DNA of 64,000 nt from the NCBI RefSeq assembly GCF_006345805.1, contig NC_043007.1, positions 25,668,001-25,732,000 on the forward strand. Reading direction: 5' to 3'. The stretch comes from Octopus sinensis. Taxonomy: Eukaryota. This document shows positions 51,823 to 64,000 of the stretch, one piece after another; position 1 is the first letter of the stretch, and the number at the start of each line of letters is the position of its first letter. Both the position numbers and the translations under genes were made by a program. A model generated the notes under the pieces. That model was given only the letters and a program-made list of their open reading frames with translations, was not told the origin of the DNA and did no database searches.

Positions 51823-51862
51823 TATTATATATATATACATATTTATATATATATTATATGTG

Positions 51863-51901
<39 letters not shown>

Positions 51902-51951
51902 GTATATATATATGTATATATATATATGTATATATATATATGATATATATG

Positions 51952-51983
<32 letters not shown>

Positions 51984-52063
51984 AACACAACATATAATAT
52001 ATATATAAATATATATATATATATTATGTATATATATATACATATATATATATATAAACACAC

Positions 52064-52124
<61 letters not shown>

Positions 52125-53080
52125 GTATATATATACATATTGTTGCGTCTGGGGAGAGTAAGGAAGCTACTTACCACACATTCACTCCTGCGCCTATAAA
52201 CATGCGCACAAACAAACAAAAAGAAAGCATATATGTATGTATTTTGGTATGTATGACCATGAAACGGAGAAAACAACCAATTAGGAATGTAATCACTCTC
52301 TATAATGTAAAGAAAGTATAGACGCTGTGTAGTAAGAAGTTTGCTTCCATGTCTCATGTCTCCGAGTTTAATCTGGCACTTTGGACAGTGTTTTCTACCA
52401 TAGGTATGTGCCGACGAAAGCCTTGTGAGTTGATTTGGTAAACAGAAACTGAAAGAAGCCTGTCGTATATGTGTGTTTGTGTGTGTGTGTATGTGTGTTT
52501 GTTGTATTTGTCCACCACCGCCGCTTAACAACCGGTGTTGGTGTGTTTATAGGCATAAATTTCTAGTCGGAAAATACTAGTGCTTCGAGTTGACGTGTGG
52601 TCAATATGTAATGTGGAAAAGACATATATCGGTTAACAGAAAACACCTTCAAAAACTGTGACACAGAACATATCAATTCATTTAATTAGAGGACCAAAAG
52701 TAACTCCTCATCATTGTCACAACATATACGGTACCTCGAAAATAGGATGAAAGCAACTGCAATGCTAAATGGGTTTTTTTGTGAGGGAGCAGAACCTATA
52801 TAACGTGACAGCAGGTGCGATTTGAGCATAAATTCAAGATTTTAGATATTGACAGAAGCTACCTGCCTCCCGAGTAGGAGTGAGGAAACCATTTCTTCTT
52901 GTTTGCACAGACAAAAGAAAGTCAGTTACGAATTTTGTTAAACAGATCTCTGTATCGTTCGGTCGGTCGGCCGATTGGTTAACCGCTGAATTACAAGTAC
53001 ATAAACAAACCATCACCGGTTGTCAAAGCGGTGGCAGAGGGGACACACACGCCACACACACACACACACACACAGACACA

Positions 53081-53125
<45 letters not shown>

Positions 53126-53504
53126 ACGGACTTCCACAGTTTCTCTGTGGCAAATTCACTTACATCGTAGTGGTCGGCACGGGACTATAGTAGAAAACAC
53201 TTGCCCGAGGTACCATGCAGTGGGACTGGACCTGAAGCCATGTGGTTGCGAAGTGAGTGATGCTCACGCCCATATATCTTTTATTTCAGTGTGCATTAAT
53301 TCGATTTCTCACATACGTCCGACCGGCAGATCGGAACTGATTCATCTCTATTGAATCGTAAGCTTGAATGCTTGATGTTAGTCAATAGTGAGTAGCTGTC
53401 GGTTAACGTCGAGCAGATTTTTGAAATATCTTTCTTTATCGTGGTGTGAGGTTTAGTGGAGGCCGTTATGTGAGCATTTCTTGGCCTGTTCACACAGCCG
53501 GTTC

Positions 53505-53559
53505 AGAGAGAGGAAGAGAGAGAGAGATAGGGAGAGAGAGGGGGTTGAGACTGATAGGT

Positions 53560-53590
<31 letters not shown>

Positions 53591-53877
53591 GACAGAGAGA
53601 CGGAGAGAGATGGGGAGAGATGGACAGATAGAATTAGGCAGAGAGGAAGTGAGAAAGAGAGACGGAGAGGAAGAGAAAGAGAAAGAGAGAGATAAAGATA
53701 GACGGACAGACAGACAGAGAGGGAGAAATAGAGACAGAGACAGAGAGAGGGGGGAGAGAGACTGATAGATAGAGACAGACAGAGAGGAGGAAAAAGAGAG
53801 ACAGACAGAGAAAGAGAGATGGGGAGAGACGGACAGATGGAGACAGAGAGGAAGAAAACGAGAGAGATAGAGACAGG

Positions 53878-53955
<78 letters not shown>

Positions 53956-54010
53956 GAGAAAGAGAAAAAGAAAGAGATAGAGACAAGGAGAGAGAAAGAA
54001 AGAGAAAGGA
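53505..54010. repeat. About 500-bp polypurine (GA/GACA) mosaic
   Basis: Read directly from the sequence. Confidence 0.95.
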
Positions 54011-56424
54011 TAAATCAATTTTAGTAGTTGACTGTCATTTCATATAACAACCCGAAGAGATGGAGCGCAAAGTTGGCCTTGGTGAAATTCGATCTCAGAG
54101 CGCAGAAACCAGAACGAAACTCACAGTATATCGTCTTAAAAGAGTTCTATAAGAACGACCTTAGTTTTGTGGGGAGACAACAGAAGCGCTTCAAGGTGGT
54201 CGATTGACATGTTGGAAGCACTCCGTCGGTTACGACGATGAGGGTTCCGGTTGATCCGATCAACGGAACACCCTGCTCGTGAAATAACGTGTAAGTGGCT
54301 GAGCATTCCACAGACACGTGCATCATAACGTAGTTCTCGGGGATATTCAGCGCGTGACACGAGAGTGACAAGGCCGGCCCTTTGAAATACAGGTACAACA
54401 GAAACAGGAAGTAAGAGTGTAGAGTGAGAGAAAGTTGTGGTGAAAGAGTACAGTAGGGATCACCACCATCCCCTGCCGGAGCCTCGTGGAGCTTTTTAGG
54501 TGTTTTCGCTCAATAAACACTCACAACGGCCGATCTGGGAATCGAAACCGCGATCCTATGACCGCGAGTCCGTTGCCCTAACCACTGGGCCATTGCGCCT
54601 CCACTGGTCGATTGAAATACTAGATATAAACGGCATTTTACGATCGTCAGAGTCAAGGACGGCATCAACAATGTCCTAGATGTGCATTAAAAGGGATGCG
54701 TACTGTCGAAATGCTTTGCAATCATGTGGTTTCGGGTTCAGTCCTGCTGAGCGACTTTGAGAGACAGGAAAGTGTATGGAAACCTGTCGTATATACATAT
54801 ACGCGCGCGTGTTCAAGAGTGTACACGAAAACGAAAAGTATCGCTGAAGAGGTCACAGATGTGTGACAGAAGATTTCCAGACAATGGACATGAGTTAGAA
54901 TAAGAAGATTAATAAACGAGTGAAGAACGAATATAAGTGCGTATGTTTATTGGGCAAAAAAAAATGACCGTCCCGAAATACAACAATATATATATGTGTT
55001 TGTGTGTGTTTGTGTGTGTGTGTGTGTATGCTTTTATTCTTTTACTGGTTTCAGTCATTTGACTGCTGCCATACTGGAGCACCACCTTTAGTCGAACGAA
55101 TCGACCCAAGGACTTATTCTTTCTAAGCCTAGTCAGTCACTTAGGCCAAACCGTTAGTTACGGGGACGTAAACACACAAACATCGGTTATCAAGCGATAG
55201 TGGGGTGGGGAGACAAACACAGACACACAGTCACGACAGGCTTCTTTCACTTTCCGTCTACCAAGTCTTTGGCCAGCCCGAGGCTGTAGTAGAAGACACT
55301 TATCCGAACTGTCACGCAGTGGGAGCGAACCCGGAACCAAGTGGTTGGGAAGCAAGCTTCTTACCACACAGCCACACCTGCGCCTATTATATATATATAT
55401 ATTCTTTTACTCTTTTGTTCTGTTACTTGTTTCAGCCATTTGACTGCAGCCATGCTGGAGCACCACCTTTAGTCTAACAAATCGACCCCAGGACTTATTC
55501 TTTGTAAGCTTAATACTTATTCTATCGTTCTCTTTTGCCCAACCGCTAAGTTACGGGGGCGTAAACAAACCAACATCGGTTCTCAAGTGAGGTGGAACAA
55601 AAAGACGCGCACACACACACATACACACGACAGGCTTCTTTCAGTTTCTGTCTACCAAATCCACCCAAGGCTTTGGTCGGCCCGAGGCTATTTACTCGCC
55701 CGAGGTGCCATGCAGTGGGACTGAACCCAGAACCATGTGGTTGGGAGGCAAGGTTCTTACCACACGTGCCCATATATATAAAAATAAGGATAAGCATATT
55801 AAAAGCGGTCCGTCAGAAAACTCATTTAAATAAGTTTCTTTATTGGCCACACAGGGCTGCACACAGATGGGACAAGTTACAAGGTAGAGCTTTTCTTTTG
55901 GGGGATGAAAAAAACAAAAAACAAAAGAAACAAAAAAAAAAGGGGTGGCGTAGGTTTTCGATCAAGAGGGATCGTAAAAGGGAAGAAAAGAACAAAAAAA
56001 AAAAAGAAAAAAGAAAAAAGAAAAGGAAAAGGAACAAAAGAAAAGAGAAATGAAAAAAGAAGAAAAAAGGGGAAAATAAGGGGAAGAGGAAAAAAGGGGT
56101 TCCTGGTAGTTAGAATGTTGGGAGCAATGGCCTATATTTTCGGGTCACTGCACCAAATAAACAACACCCGTTCTAGTGTGGGCAGTGCTGGTCGTGTTGG
56201 AGACGGTATTGGAGATCTGGAGATCCGTCTCTTCTCCATCTATCTTTTTTCCTTGTCCTCGTACAGTCACGTTCCTAGTGAATACGTGACCTTCAGGAAT
56301 GGATGAAAGAGGTGAGGACGATTTTTTTGGGGTTTTTTTTGACATTATTGATGAAGCAGGACGAAGTAGGACAGAAGCGCATCAAAAATAGTTGCAGCAA
56401 ATAGCAAAAGCGCATCGTCGTTGT

Positions 56425-56498
56425 CATCATCATCCTCGTCGTCGTCGTCGTCGTCGTCGTCATCGTCATCATCACCACCACCACCATCATCCTCATCG

Positions 56499-56534
<36 letters not shown>

Positions 56535-56862
56535 CCACCACCACCACCACCACCTCAACCACATCACCACCACCACCAACACCACCACCATCATCCATCA
56601 CATCAGCATATCATCACACCACCACCACCACACCACACCTCAACCCTCACCACCACCACACCACCACCACCATCATCCTCATCGTCATATCATCATCATC
56701 TCATCATCATCATCACCACCACCACCACCACCACCACCACCTCAACCACCATCACACCACCACCACCACCACCATCATCCGCATCGTCATCATCACATCA
56801 TCATCATCATCATCATCACCACCACCACCACCACCACCACCACCTCAACCACCATCACCACC

Positions 56863-56893
<31 letters not shown>

Positions 56894-57013
56894 CATCATC
56901 ATCATCATCATCATCATCTCAACCATTACCGTCTCAGCCACCACAGTTCTCACCTTCACCTCTCACCACCACTATTATCATCGTCATCGGGTCCGCCTCC
57001 TCCTCCTCTTCTA

Positions 57014-57054
<41 letters not shown>

Positions 57055-57089
57055 CAATACTACTACTACTACTACCAATACTACTACTA

Positions 57090-57127
<38 letters not shown>

Positions 57128-57150
57128 ATACTACTACTACTACTACTACG

Positions 57151-57184
<34 letters not shown>

Positions 57185-57185
57185 G
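56425..57185. repeat. Compound (CAT)/(CAC)/(TAC) trinucleotide array with about 100-bp higher-order blocks
   Basis: Read directly; explains the His/Thr/Tyr homopolymer ORFs. Confidence 0.95.
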
Positions 57186-57391
57186 TGAACGGTGCATAAA
57201 TCATGAGTAATTCAGACTTCCTATTTGCCTTAGTTCTCCGTGTCAACCTGGAAAGGTCACAGGCTAGACAAAGGGTCTTATATATACATGTGTGTGTGTG
57301 TGTGTGTGTATATATGACTGCGTTTATGCGTGTTGGATGTGCGTAAGCGCGCACAGGCACATGTATATGTGTGTGTGTGTGTTTGTGTGTG

Positions 57392-57423
<32 letters not shown>

Positions 57424-58978
57424 GCATATACTCTTTACTCTTTACTCTTTTACTTGTTTCAGTCGTTTGACTGTGGCCATGCTGGAGCACCGCCTTTAAT
57501 CGAGCAACTCGACCCCGGGACTTATTCTTTTGCAAGCCCAGTACTTATTCTATCGGTCTCTTTTTGCCGAACCGCTAAGCAACGGGGACATAAACACACC
57601 AGCATCGGTTGTCAAACAATGCTAGGGGGACACAGAGACACACAAACATGCACACACACATGTATATATACATATATACGAAAAAATCGAAATGGCAGCG
57701 TCATCAGAGCGCATTCAAATTACCTTCTGGTATCTATTCTGACTTTCCACACATTGAATTCAAAATCCCGCTGAGATCAGGTTTTTACCTTTCACCATTT
57801 CCGGTCGATAAGTAAAGTATCGGACCAAAGGGCGGGATTAGCGTAATTGTTACAAATGTCGGACGCTATGTTGGTTTGCGTTCTATGTTGTGCAGTGGCC
57901 TTAATTCGTCGCCTGGTTTAATATCACCTAATCCTTGGGTACTCTTTTTTTTTTAGCGAAGTTTACACAATGTTGCAAGCGTTCGGTCGAAGCCTCCAGT
58001 TTGAAAATAACCCCTCCTTTCTTCCTACTCTCTTTACTCTTTTACTCTTTTACTTGTTTCAGTCATTTTGACTGCGACCATGCTGGAGCACCGCATTTAA
58101 TCGAGCAACTCGACCCCGGGACTTATTTTTTGTAAGCCCAGTACTTATTCTATCGGTCTCCTTTTGCCGAACCGCTAAGTAACGGGGACATAAACGCACC
58201 AGCATCGGTTGTCAAGCAATGCTAGGGGGACAAACACAGACGCACAAACACACGCATATATATATATATATATATACATATATACGACGGGCTTCTTTCA
58301 GTTTCCGTCTACCAAATCCACTCACAAGGCTTTGGTTGACCCAAGGTTATAGTAGAAGACACTTGCCTAAGATGCCACGCAGTGGGACTGAACCCGGAAC
58401 CATGTGGTTGGTAAACAAGCTACTTACCACACAGCCACTCTCTTGGAGGCTCTGAAAAACATGAAGTACCATGAGTCCTGTTCTTCTTTATCTGATTAAA
58501 TGGTTTCATATATATACAGAAGTTGGACAAAATAATGGAAACAAGTGGCCGAGCACTCCACAGACACGTGTACCCTTAGCATGGTTCTCGGGGGGATTCA
58601 GCGTGACAAGGATGGCCCTTTGAAATACATTTTTGTCAGCTGAGTGGACTGGAGCAACGTGAAATAAAGTGTCTTTCTCAAGGACACAAAGCGTCGCCGG
58701 GAATTGAACTCACGACCTTACGCTTTCGCCCCTCCTCCCCGCACACATATAAGCACAATATATGTTTTTATGTACAACTATTAGTTTCATGTACTGAGAA
58801 CATGCCACACAGTATTTTTTTAACACGTCTAGTGCCCTGACACATCATCAGGCACTGATATCTATCTCTCACCAGATGGAGTACTTTTTTGTTGATCTTA
58901 CTATCACGGAACAGTACACTATATATATATATATGCGGTGCTCCAGCATGGCCACAGCCTCAGGACTGTAACATATAA

Positions 58979-59078
58979 NNNNNNNNNNNNNNNNNNNNNN
59001 NNNNNNNNNNNNNNNNNNNNNNNNNNNNNNNNNNNNNNNNNNNNNNNNNNNNNNNNNNNNNNNNNNNNNNNNNNNNNN
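58979..59078. other. Assembly gap (100 N)
   Basis: Run of N. Confidence 1.
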
Positions 59079-59409
59079 CAACAGGGATCACCACCATCCC
59101 CTGCCGGAGCCTCGTGGGGCTTTAGGTGTTTTCGCTCAATAAACACTCACAACGCCCGGTCTGGGAATCGAAACCGCGATCCTATGACCGCGAGTCCGCT
59201 GCCCTAACCACTGGGCCATTGCGCCTCCACGGCTATGCTATACCAGTGTTAAGGCTCTTGCTCACATTTTCAGCAGTTGCCCCAAACTATTTACACGATA
59301 TTACCTAGCCTTGAACAATGACATGGCTACAAAAGCTATTTACCATACTATCCACCCATCCGCTATGCTATCAGCACGAAGGATCGCTCTTGCAGCTGTT
59401 CTGCAGTTT

Positions 59410-59502
59410 TTCTAAGCCCTGTAAAAGAACTCGGAAGGTTATGACTCCAACCAGGCCTTTCGCGACACCCTTAACGCCAGGAACTTTTCACCACCCCCAT
59501 CG
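59410..59502 (-). mobile_element. Tc1/mariner-derived fragment
   Basis: Minus strand gggggtggtgaaaagttcctggc..ttacagggcttagaaaaactg resembles a mariner TIR and transposase C-terminus (GLEKL) as recalled. Confidence 0.45.
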
Positions 59503-59822
59503 AATAAACTGAACATGGACAAAATTTGTGCGAAGTTTTTTTTTTTTTTTTTTCCAGGGTGCTCAATGACCGAGATGAGTAAACATGTAGCAGTAAGAAA
59601 AGATGTATGTATACGTGTGTATGAATATGTTTCTGTATGTGTGTGTGTGTGTGTTTTCTGTGTGTGTGTGTGTGTGAGTGTGTGTTTGTGTGTGCGTGTG
59701 TGTTTGTATGTGTTTGTGTGTGTGTTTGTATGTGTGTGTTTGTATGTGTGTGTGTGTGTGTGTGTGTTTGTATGTGTTTGTGTCTGTGTGTGTTTGTATG
59801 TGTGTGTGTGTGTGTGTGTGTT

Positions 59823-59858
<36 letters not shown>

Positions 59859-59917
59859 TGCTTGTGTATGATTGTCTGCATATTGTTCCATAAATATATT
59901 TTCTTTCTTTCTCCCAG

Positions 59918-60716
59918 GCTGCAACGGCAAGTTCAAAAATTCAGATGGATGCACGGCTCGCATGATGGCCAAAGAGTGTGGAAACAAACAAGCAGCAAAA
60001 GAATGTAAGAAGGGAGAGAAACTGCATGGTAAAAGCGGAAAAGGTTCCGAAAAATTTGTTATAAAATTCCACGACTGGCTTATGTTAATCTAGAAAAAAC
60101 TAAGAGCCGCTTTAGCCAAGTACGATACCATAAAAATGGGGTTATACCAGCAGTCTACTTAAGAAGAGTAGTGCTGTCTTAGATGCGCCCCATTTCTTAC
60201 GAACATTTGGAAACAATTAGCAAGCCGCTGGAGAAAGCGGATCTATTAACGCGAAAAGATTCCTGGCCGGTAAGAAATACATACATGAAAAGGTTTTCCA
60301 ACAATCGTCTTACCTTCCGAAAGAAAAGAAAGCCAAAAGGAGCGTCCAGGTAAAATGGGGAAATTCAAACTACCCATGGCCATATGCACGAATTCGAGCC
60401 CTAGGCGGACACCGAGTAAGCAAGCACCGATTGATTATATTGAATTTATTTCTTGTGTAACAGATACAAACCGGTTCGATCGCGACATGCCACCGAATCA
60501 TCCGATGCAGGATGATTCGTATTGGTACGTCCAAGTGCCGGACGTCACCTACATCAATATTAATGAAGCTGTTCGATCCAATGATGAGAAGTCGCTGAAA
60601 ACCGCCTTCGAGCTAGGCACCCCGGTCGACACGAAAGACAAATATTTCAAAACGCCGTTGATGGTTGCTGCTTCACAAGGAAACGTAGATCTGGTTAAAA
60701 TGCTTCTTGAGAAACG
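59918..60716 (+). CDS. ANKEF1: ANKEF1 (ankyrin repeat and EF-hand protein 1) large internal exon, disrupted by several frameshifts and stops at about 60079-60345
   Basis: Flanks read GCNGKFKNSDG..AKECGNKQAAKE..FHDW and GKFKLPMAIC..VTDTNRFDRDMPPNHPMQDDSYWY..NINEAVR..SLKTAFELGTPVDTKDKYFKTPLMVAASQGNVDLVKMLLEK, matching ANKEF1 as recalled. Acceptor ctcccag at 59911-59917, donor gtaagc at 60717. Confidence 0.85.
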
Positions 60717-61097
60717 GTAAGCAAAAGCTTTATTATGAGTCCAATAAGTTATACATCAATTTTCTATCAACGGAGGGTCAGTCTAATCAACTATACTCCT
60801 TTACTATAGCTTTACTAAGATCTTTGTCATTTGACCGACAGATTTAAAAAATAATTTTTTGTAACTAAACACTTTCCATCTTCGGACACTGGTAGAATGT
60901 GTCATATAAAACATCTTTTACTCTTGGCATTTTCTGAGAAAAACTTATATTTACGAAGTTATTTCACGTTAAAGTAGTCCTATTTCGGTAATTTCAACCA
61001 ATCAATGACGTGTTTTCAGCTGAATAAAATTACTGCTGTTGTTTGTCAATAATAACTATTGGTGGTGTATATTTCGTTTGTCACTGTTATTTATGGC

Positions 61098-61196
61098 AAC
61101 CCTAATCCTAAAACCCTCACCCTAACCCTAACCCTAAAACCTTAACCCTAAAACCCTAACCCTAAAACCCTAACCCTAAAACCCTAACCCTAAAAC
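61098..61196 (-). repeat. Interstitial telomere-like repeat mixing TTAGGG and TTTTAGGG (14-bp period in the distal half)
   Basis: (AACCCTAAAACCCT)n visible from 61144. Confidence 0.95.
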
Positions 61197-61214
61197 AACT
61201 ATCATACATGTATG

Positions 61215-61700
61215 ATGACTATCATACATGTTCTTTGTTTTTCATTCACCACAACAATGTCCGGTTTCCGATGTCTCGTCAGGTGATCGCACTGAATCAT
61301 TGTATCCCACAGGATTTTCCAATTCTCATTCTCAGTGACTCCTTCTGAGGTTTTCTCATATTACGTGTTTGCTCTTTGTAGGCCGTGGAGCTCCCAATGG
61401 ATCATTCTTGCCACATTGTCATGGCGTCTTTTCTATTCGCGTTGTGCCAATTTCGGACATTCGCTAATGATGTGCCATACCGTTTCACCCCTCTCACCAC
61501 ACATTCTGCATTTGTCGTTATCGGTAGTGTTGTCTATTCTGCACTTTACATTGTTGGTCCTTAATACTTGTCCTTGAGCTGCGCATATAAGTGTTTCTGT
61601 CTTTATCTTCAGGTCACTCACCCTCATCCATAGCCACCGCTTTTCTGTATCTGTCATGGCATTCATATCTCTTGTAAGCTGTCCATATATTTTTCTTTCC
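61215..61700 (-). mobile_element. R4/Dong-type non-LTR retrotransposon fragment (CCHC zinc knuckle region)
   Basis: SDLKIKTETLICAAQGQVLRTN..CRMCGERGETVWHIISECPKLAQRE..KILWDTMIQCDH..RKPDIVVV. Confidence 0.88.
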
Positions 61701-61944
61701 GTGTTGTTTCTTTATTATTGTTGTTGTTGTTGTTGTTGTTATAAGGCAGCAAAATCCTTAGCAGCATTTCGTCCGTCTTTACGTTCTGAATTCAAATTTG
61801 GGGTTGATAAACTAAGTACCAGTAAAACACTGGGGTCAATGTAGTCGACGAGTCCCCTACCCCAAATCTCAGGCCTTGTGCCTATATTAGAGGGGATTAT
61901 TGCTATTATTATTATTATTTTATTATTATTATTATTATTATTAA

Positions 61945-62500
61945 GTGAGAGAGCAGTGCATGCCATCAAAGTGACACTGGGATAAGATATACGAAGCCCT
62001 GTATACCCATCATGACTACCCGTCTGATAAGGCTACACCAGGCACATGCATCACAACCATATGTGCGCGACATGGGGATCTCATATCAAGATGTACAGCG
62101 CATGACCTTGCAGATAGGGCCCAGGTAGAATTTTCTTCTGGTCGAGTAGCCCATCCCACTCAAAAGGTACCTGAATAAGGGTTGTTTAAGGATGTTGAAT
62201 GAAACACTCATATTTCCAAAGGTGAATTATCCAAACCCCCAAGAATTCCTTTCAACACACGGCTATGAGGCTCCCCCACTACTTCTGCTCGTGATCAGAG
62301 ATGCTCATATCGTCAGCCACTAAGGGACATAGTCAACTGGTTAAGGTCAAACAACTGACAAGCAAATCTGTGGTATTGAGCAGAATATTTGCTGTAGCCC
62401 ATCTTTTATACCAAGACAAAACAATGTACATGATAACACTTCCAATCAGTTAAGATCAGAAGCCATGAGAGCCACTGCCTGTTACTGCATCAGGACATTG
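61945..62500 (-). mobile_element. Dispersed repeat; a partial copy lies at about 1492-1650
   Basis: Near-identical gagagcagtgcatgccatcaaagtgacactgg... segment at both sites. Confidence 0.7.
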
Positions 62501-62780
62501 TACTGCAACGGGGCATCTTTTACTGCATCAGCATATTTATTATTATTATTATTATTATTGTGGTGGTGAGCTGCCAGAATCATAAGCACGCTGGACGAAA
62601 TGCTTAGTGGCATTGCGTCTGTCCTTACGTTCCGAACTCAAATTCCGCCGAGGTCGACTTTGCCTTTCATCCGTTTAGTGTCGATAAAATAAGTACCATT
62701 GGGACGCTGGGGTCGATGTAATTGACTAGACCCCCTCCCCTAAAATTTCAGGCCTTGTGCCTTTGGTAGAAAGGATTATT

Positions 62781-62816
<36 letters not shown>

Positions 62817-63298
62817 ATTAGCCGGGCGAAATGCTTAGCGGTATTTCGTCTGCCGCTACGTTCAGAGTTCAAATTCTGCCGAGGTCGACTTTGCCTTTCA
62901 TCCTTTTGGGGTCGATTAAATAAGTGCCAGTTATGCACTGGGGTCGATATAATCGACTTAATCCGCTTGTCTGTCCTTGTTCGTTCCCTCTGCGTTTAGC
63001 CCCTTGTGGGTAATAAAGAAATAGGTATTTCGTCTGCCGTTACGTTCTGGGTTCAAATTCCGCCGAGGTCTGTCCTTGTTCGTTCCCTCTGCGTTTAGCC
63101 CCTTGTGGGTAGTAAAGAAATAGGTATTTTGTCTGCCGTTACGTTCTGAGATCAAATTCCGCCGAGGTCGACTTTACCTTTCATCCTTTCGGGGTCGATA
63201 AACTAAGTACCAGTTGAACACTGTGGTCGATGTAATCGACTTAATCCCCTCTGCCAAAATGGCTGCCTTTGTGGAAAAATTTGAAACAATTATTATTA

Positions 63299-63335
<37 letters not shown>

Positions 63336-64000
63336 GAACCCTAAGAAATTTTGATATCACAAACTGAACTACGGAGACTCTTTAAATGAATTATTCCTTG
63401 CCGTTTAAACAGTCAATACCCAATCCCTTCTCTCAGATATTTTATTATTTTCGCCATTTCACTTAATGATCTTTTTGTATCTCTCTATAGAACACCGATA
63501 TGAGATTTTATAGAATAATTTATATTTGCAATATTACTTCGTTCTCACAAATTATTTTTTTTTGTATATGAAATTTACACATTTCATATTAATGTATATT
63601 TATATAGATTTTTTTATTGCTATTATTAAGCTTCAATTTTAGGTTAATATATTTCATCCGTATTCATATATTTCCATCATGCATGCATGTATGTATGTAT
63701 GTATGTATGTATGTATGTATGTATGTATGCATGTATGTATGTATGTATGTATGTATGTACGTACGTACGTACGTACGTACGTATGTATGTATGTATGTAT
63801 GTATGTATGTACGTACGTACGTACGTATGTATATGTATGTATGTATGTATGTATGTTCAATGCTTTCATCATAATTAATTCTTTTTTAATATTTCCTTTG
63901 TGTAAGCGACAAGCTGGCAGAAACGTTAGCACGCCGGGCGAAATGCTTAGCGGGATTTTGTCTGCCGTTACGTTCTGAGTTCAAATTCCGCCGAGGTCGA

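Noticed and set aside
54845-54875. CTGAAGA-GGTCACA/TGTGACA-GAAG hammerhead remnant
   Set aside because: GAAA is mutated and stems I and III cannot be formed; possibly a dead copy.
56392-57210. 272-aa His/Thr/Tyr-rich ORF
   Set aside because: It is entirely a CAT/CAC/TAC array, which lacks stops by composition.
58825-58860. Minus-strand CTGATGA with a GTGT/GCAC stem
   Set aside because: No GAAA and no stem I partner.
60091-60093. A-to-I editing rescue of the ANKEF1 TAG
   Set aside because: Editing could convert this stop but cannot repair the several frameshifts downstream.
9430-64000. Dozens of ORFs rich in Y/I/H/C/V/M or homopolymers in the ORF track
   Set aside because: They are translations of (TA)n, (CA)n, (TATG)n and trinucleotide microsatellites, with no domain content.

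Overview
AT-rich, microsatellite- and retroposon-dense animal genomic DNA. The repeat landscape looks octopus/cephalopod, but this is an inference and no search was run. Two genes are recognisable on the + strand. The first is the last four coding exons of FBXO11 (865-1085, 5355-5573, 7388-7496, 9201-9429; splice phases consistent; CASH/PbH1 repeats plus UBR-type zinc finger). The second is one large internal exon of ANKEF1 (59918-60716) with a tight cluster of frameshifts, just after a 100-N assembly gap. The rest is tRNA-derived SINEs, CR1 and R4/Dong LINE fragments, piggyBac-type MITEs, a Helitron-like element and simple repeats. The main unexplained signal is about ten type I hammerhead-ribozyme-like motifs, several with the palindromic stem III typical of dimer-acting minimal hammerheads of Penelope-like elements and retrozymes. 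They sit in small non-coding elements that abut (TA)n tracts and often form long foldbacks. Six are packed into 49.3-51.3 kb, including a 326-bp direct-repeat-bounded unit with an inverted partial copy. Four otherwise unrelated motifs share a non-canonical CCGANGA (U4C) core, and one family shows U3-G8/U3-A8 variants. All structures were paired by eye, and ribozyme activity is untested.
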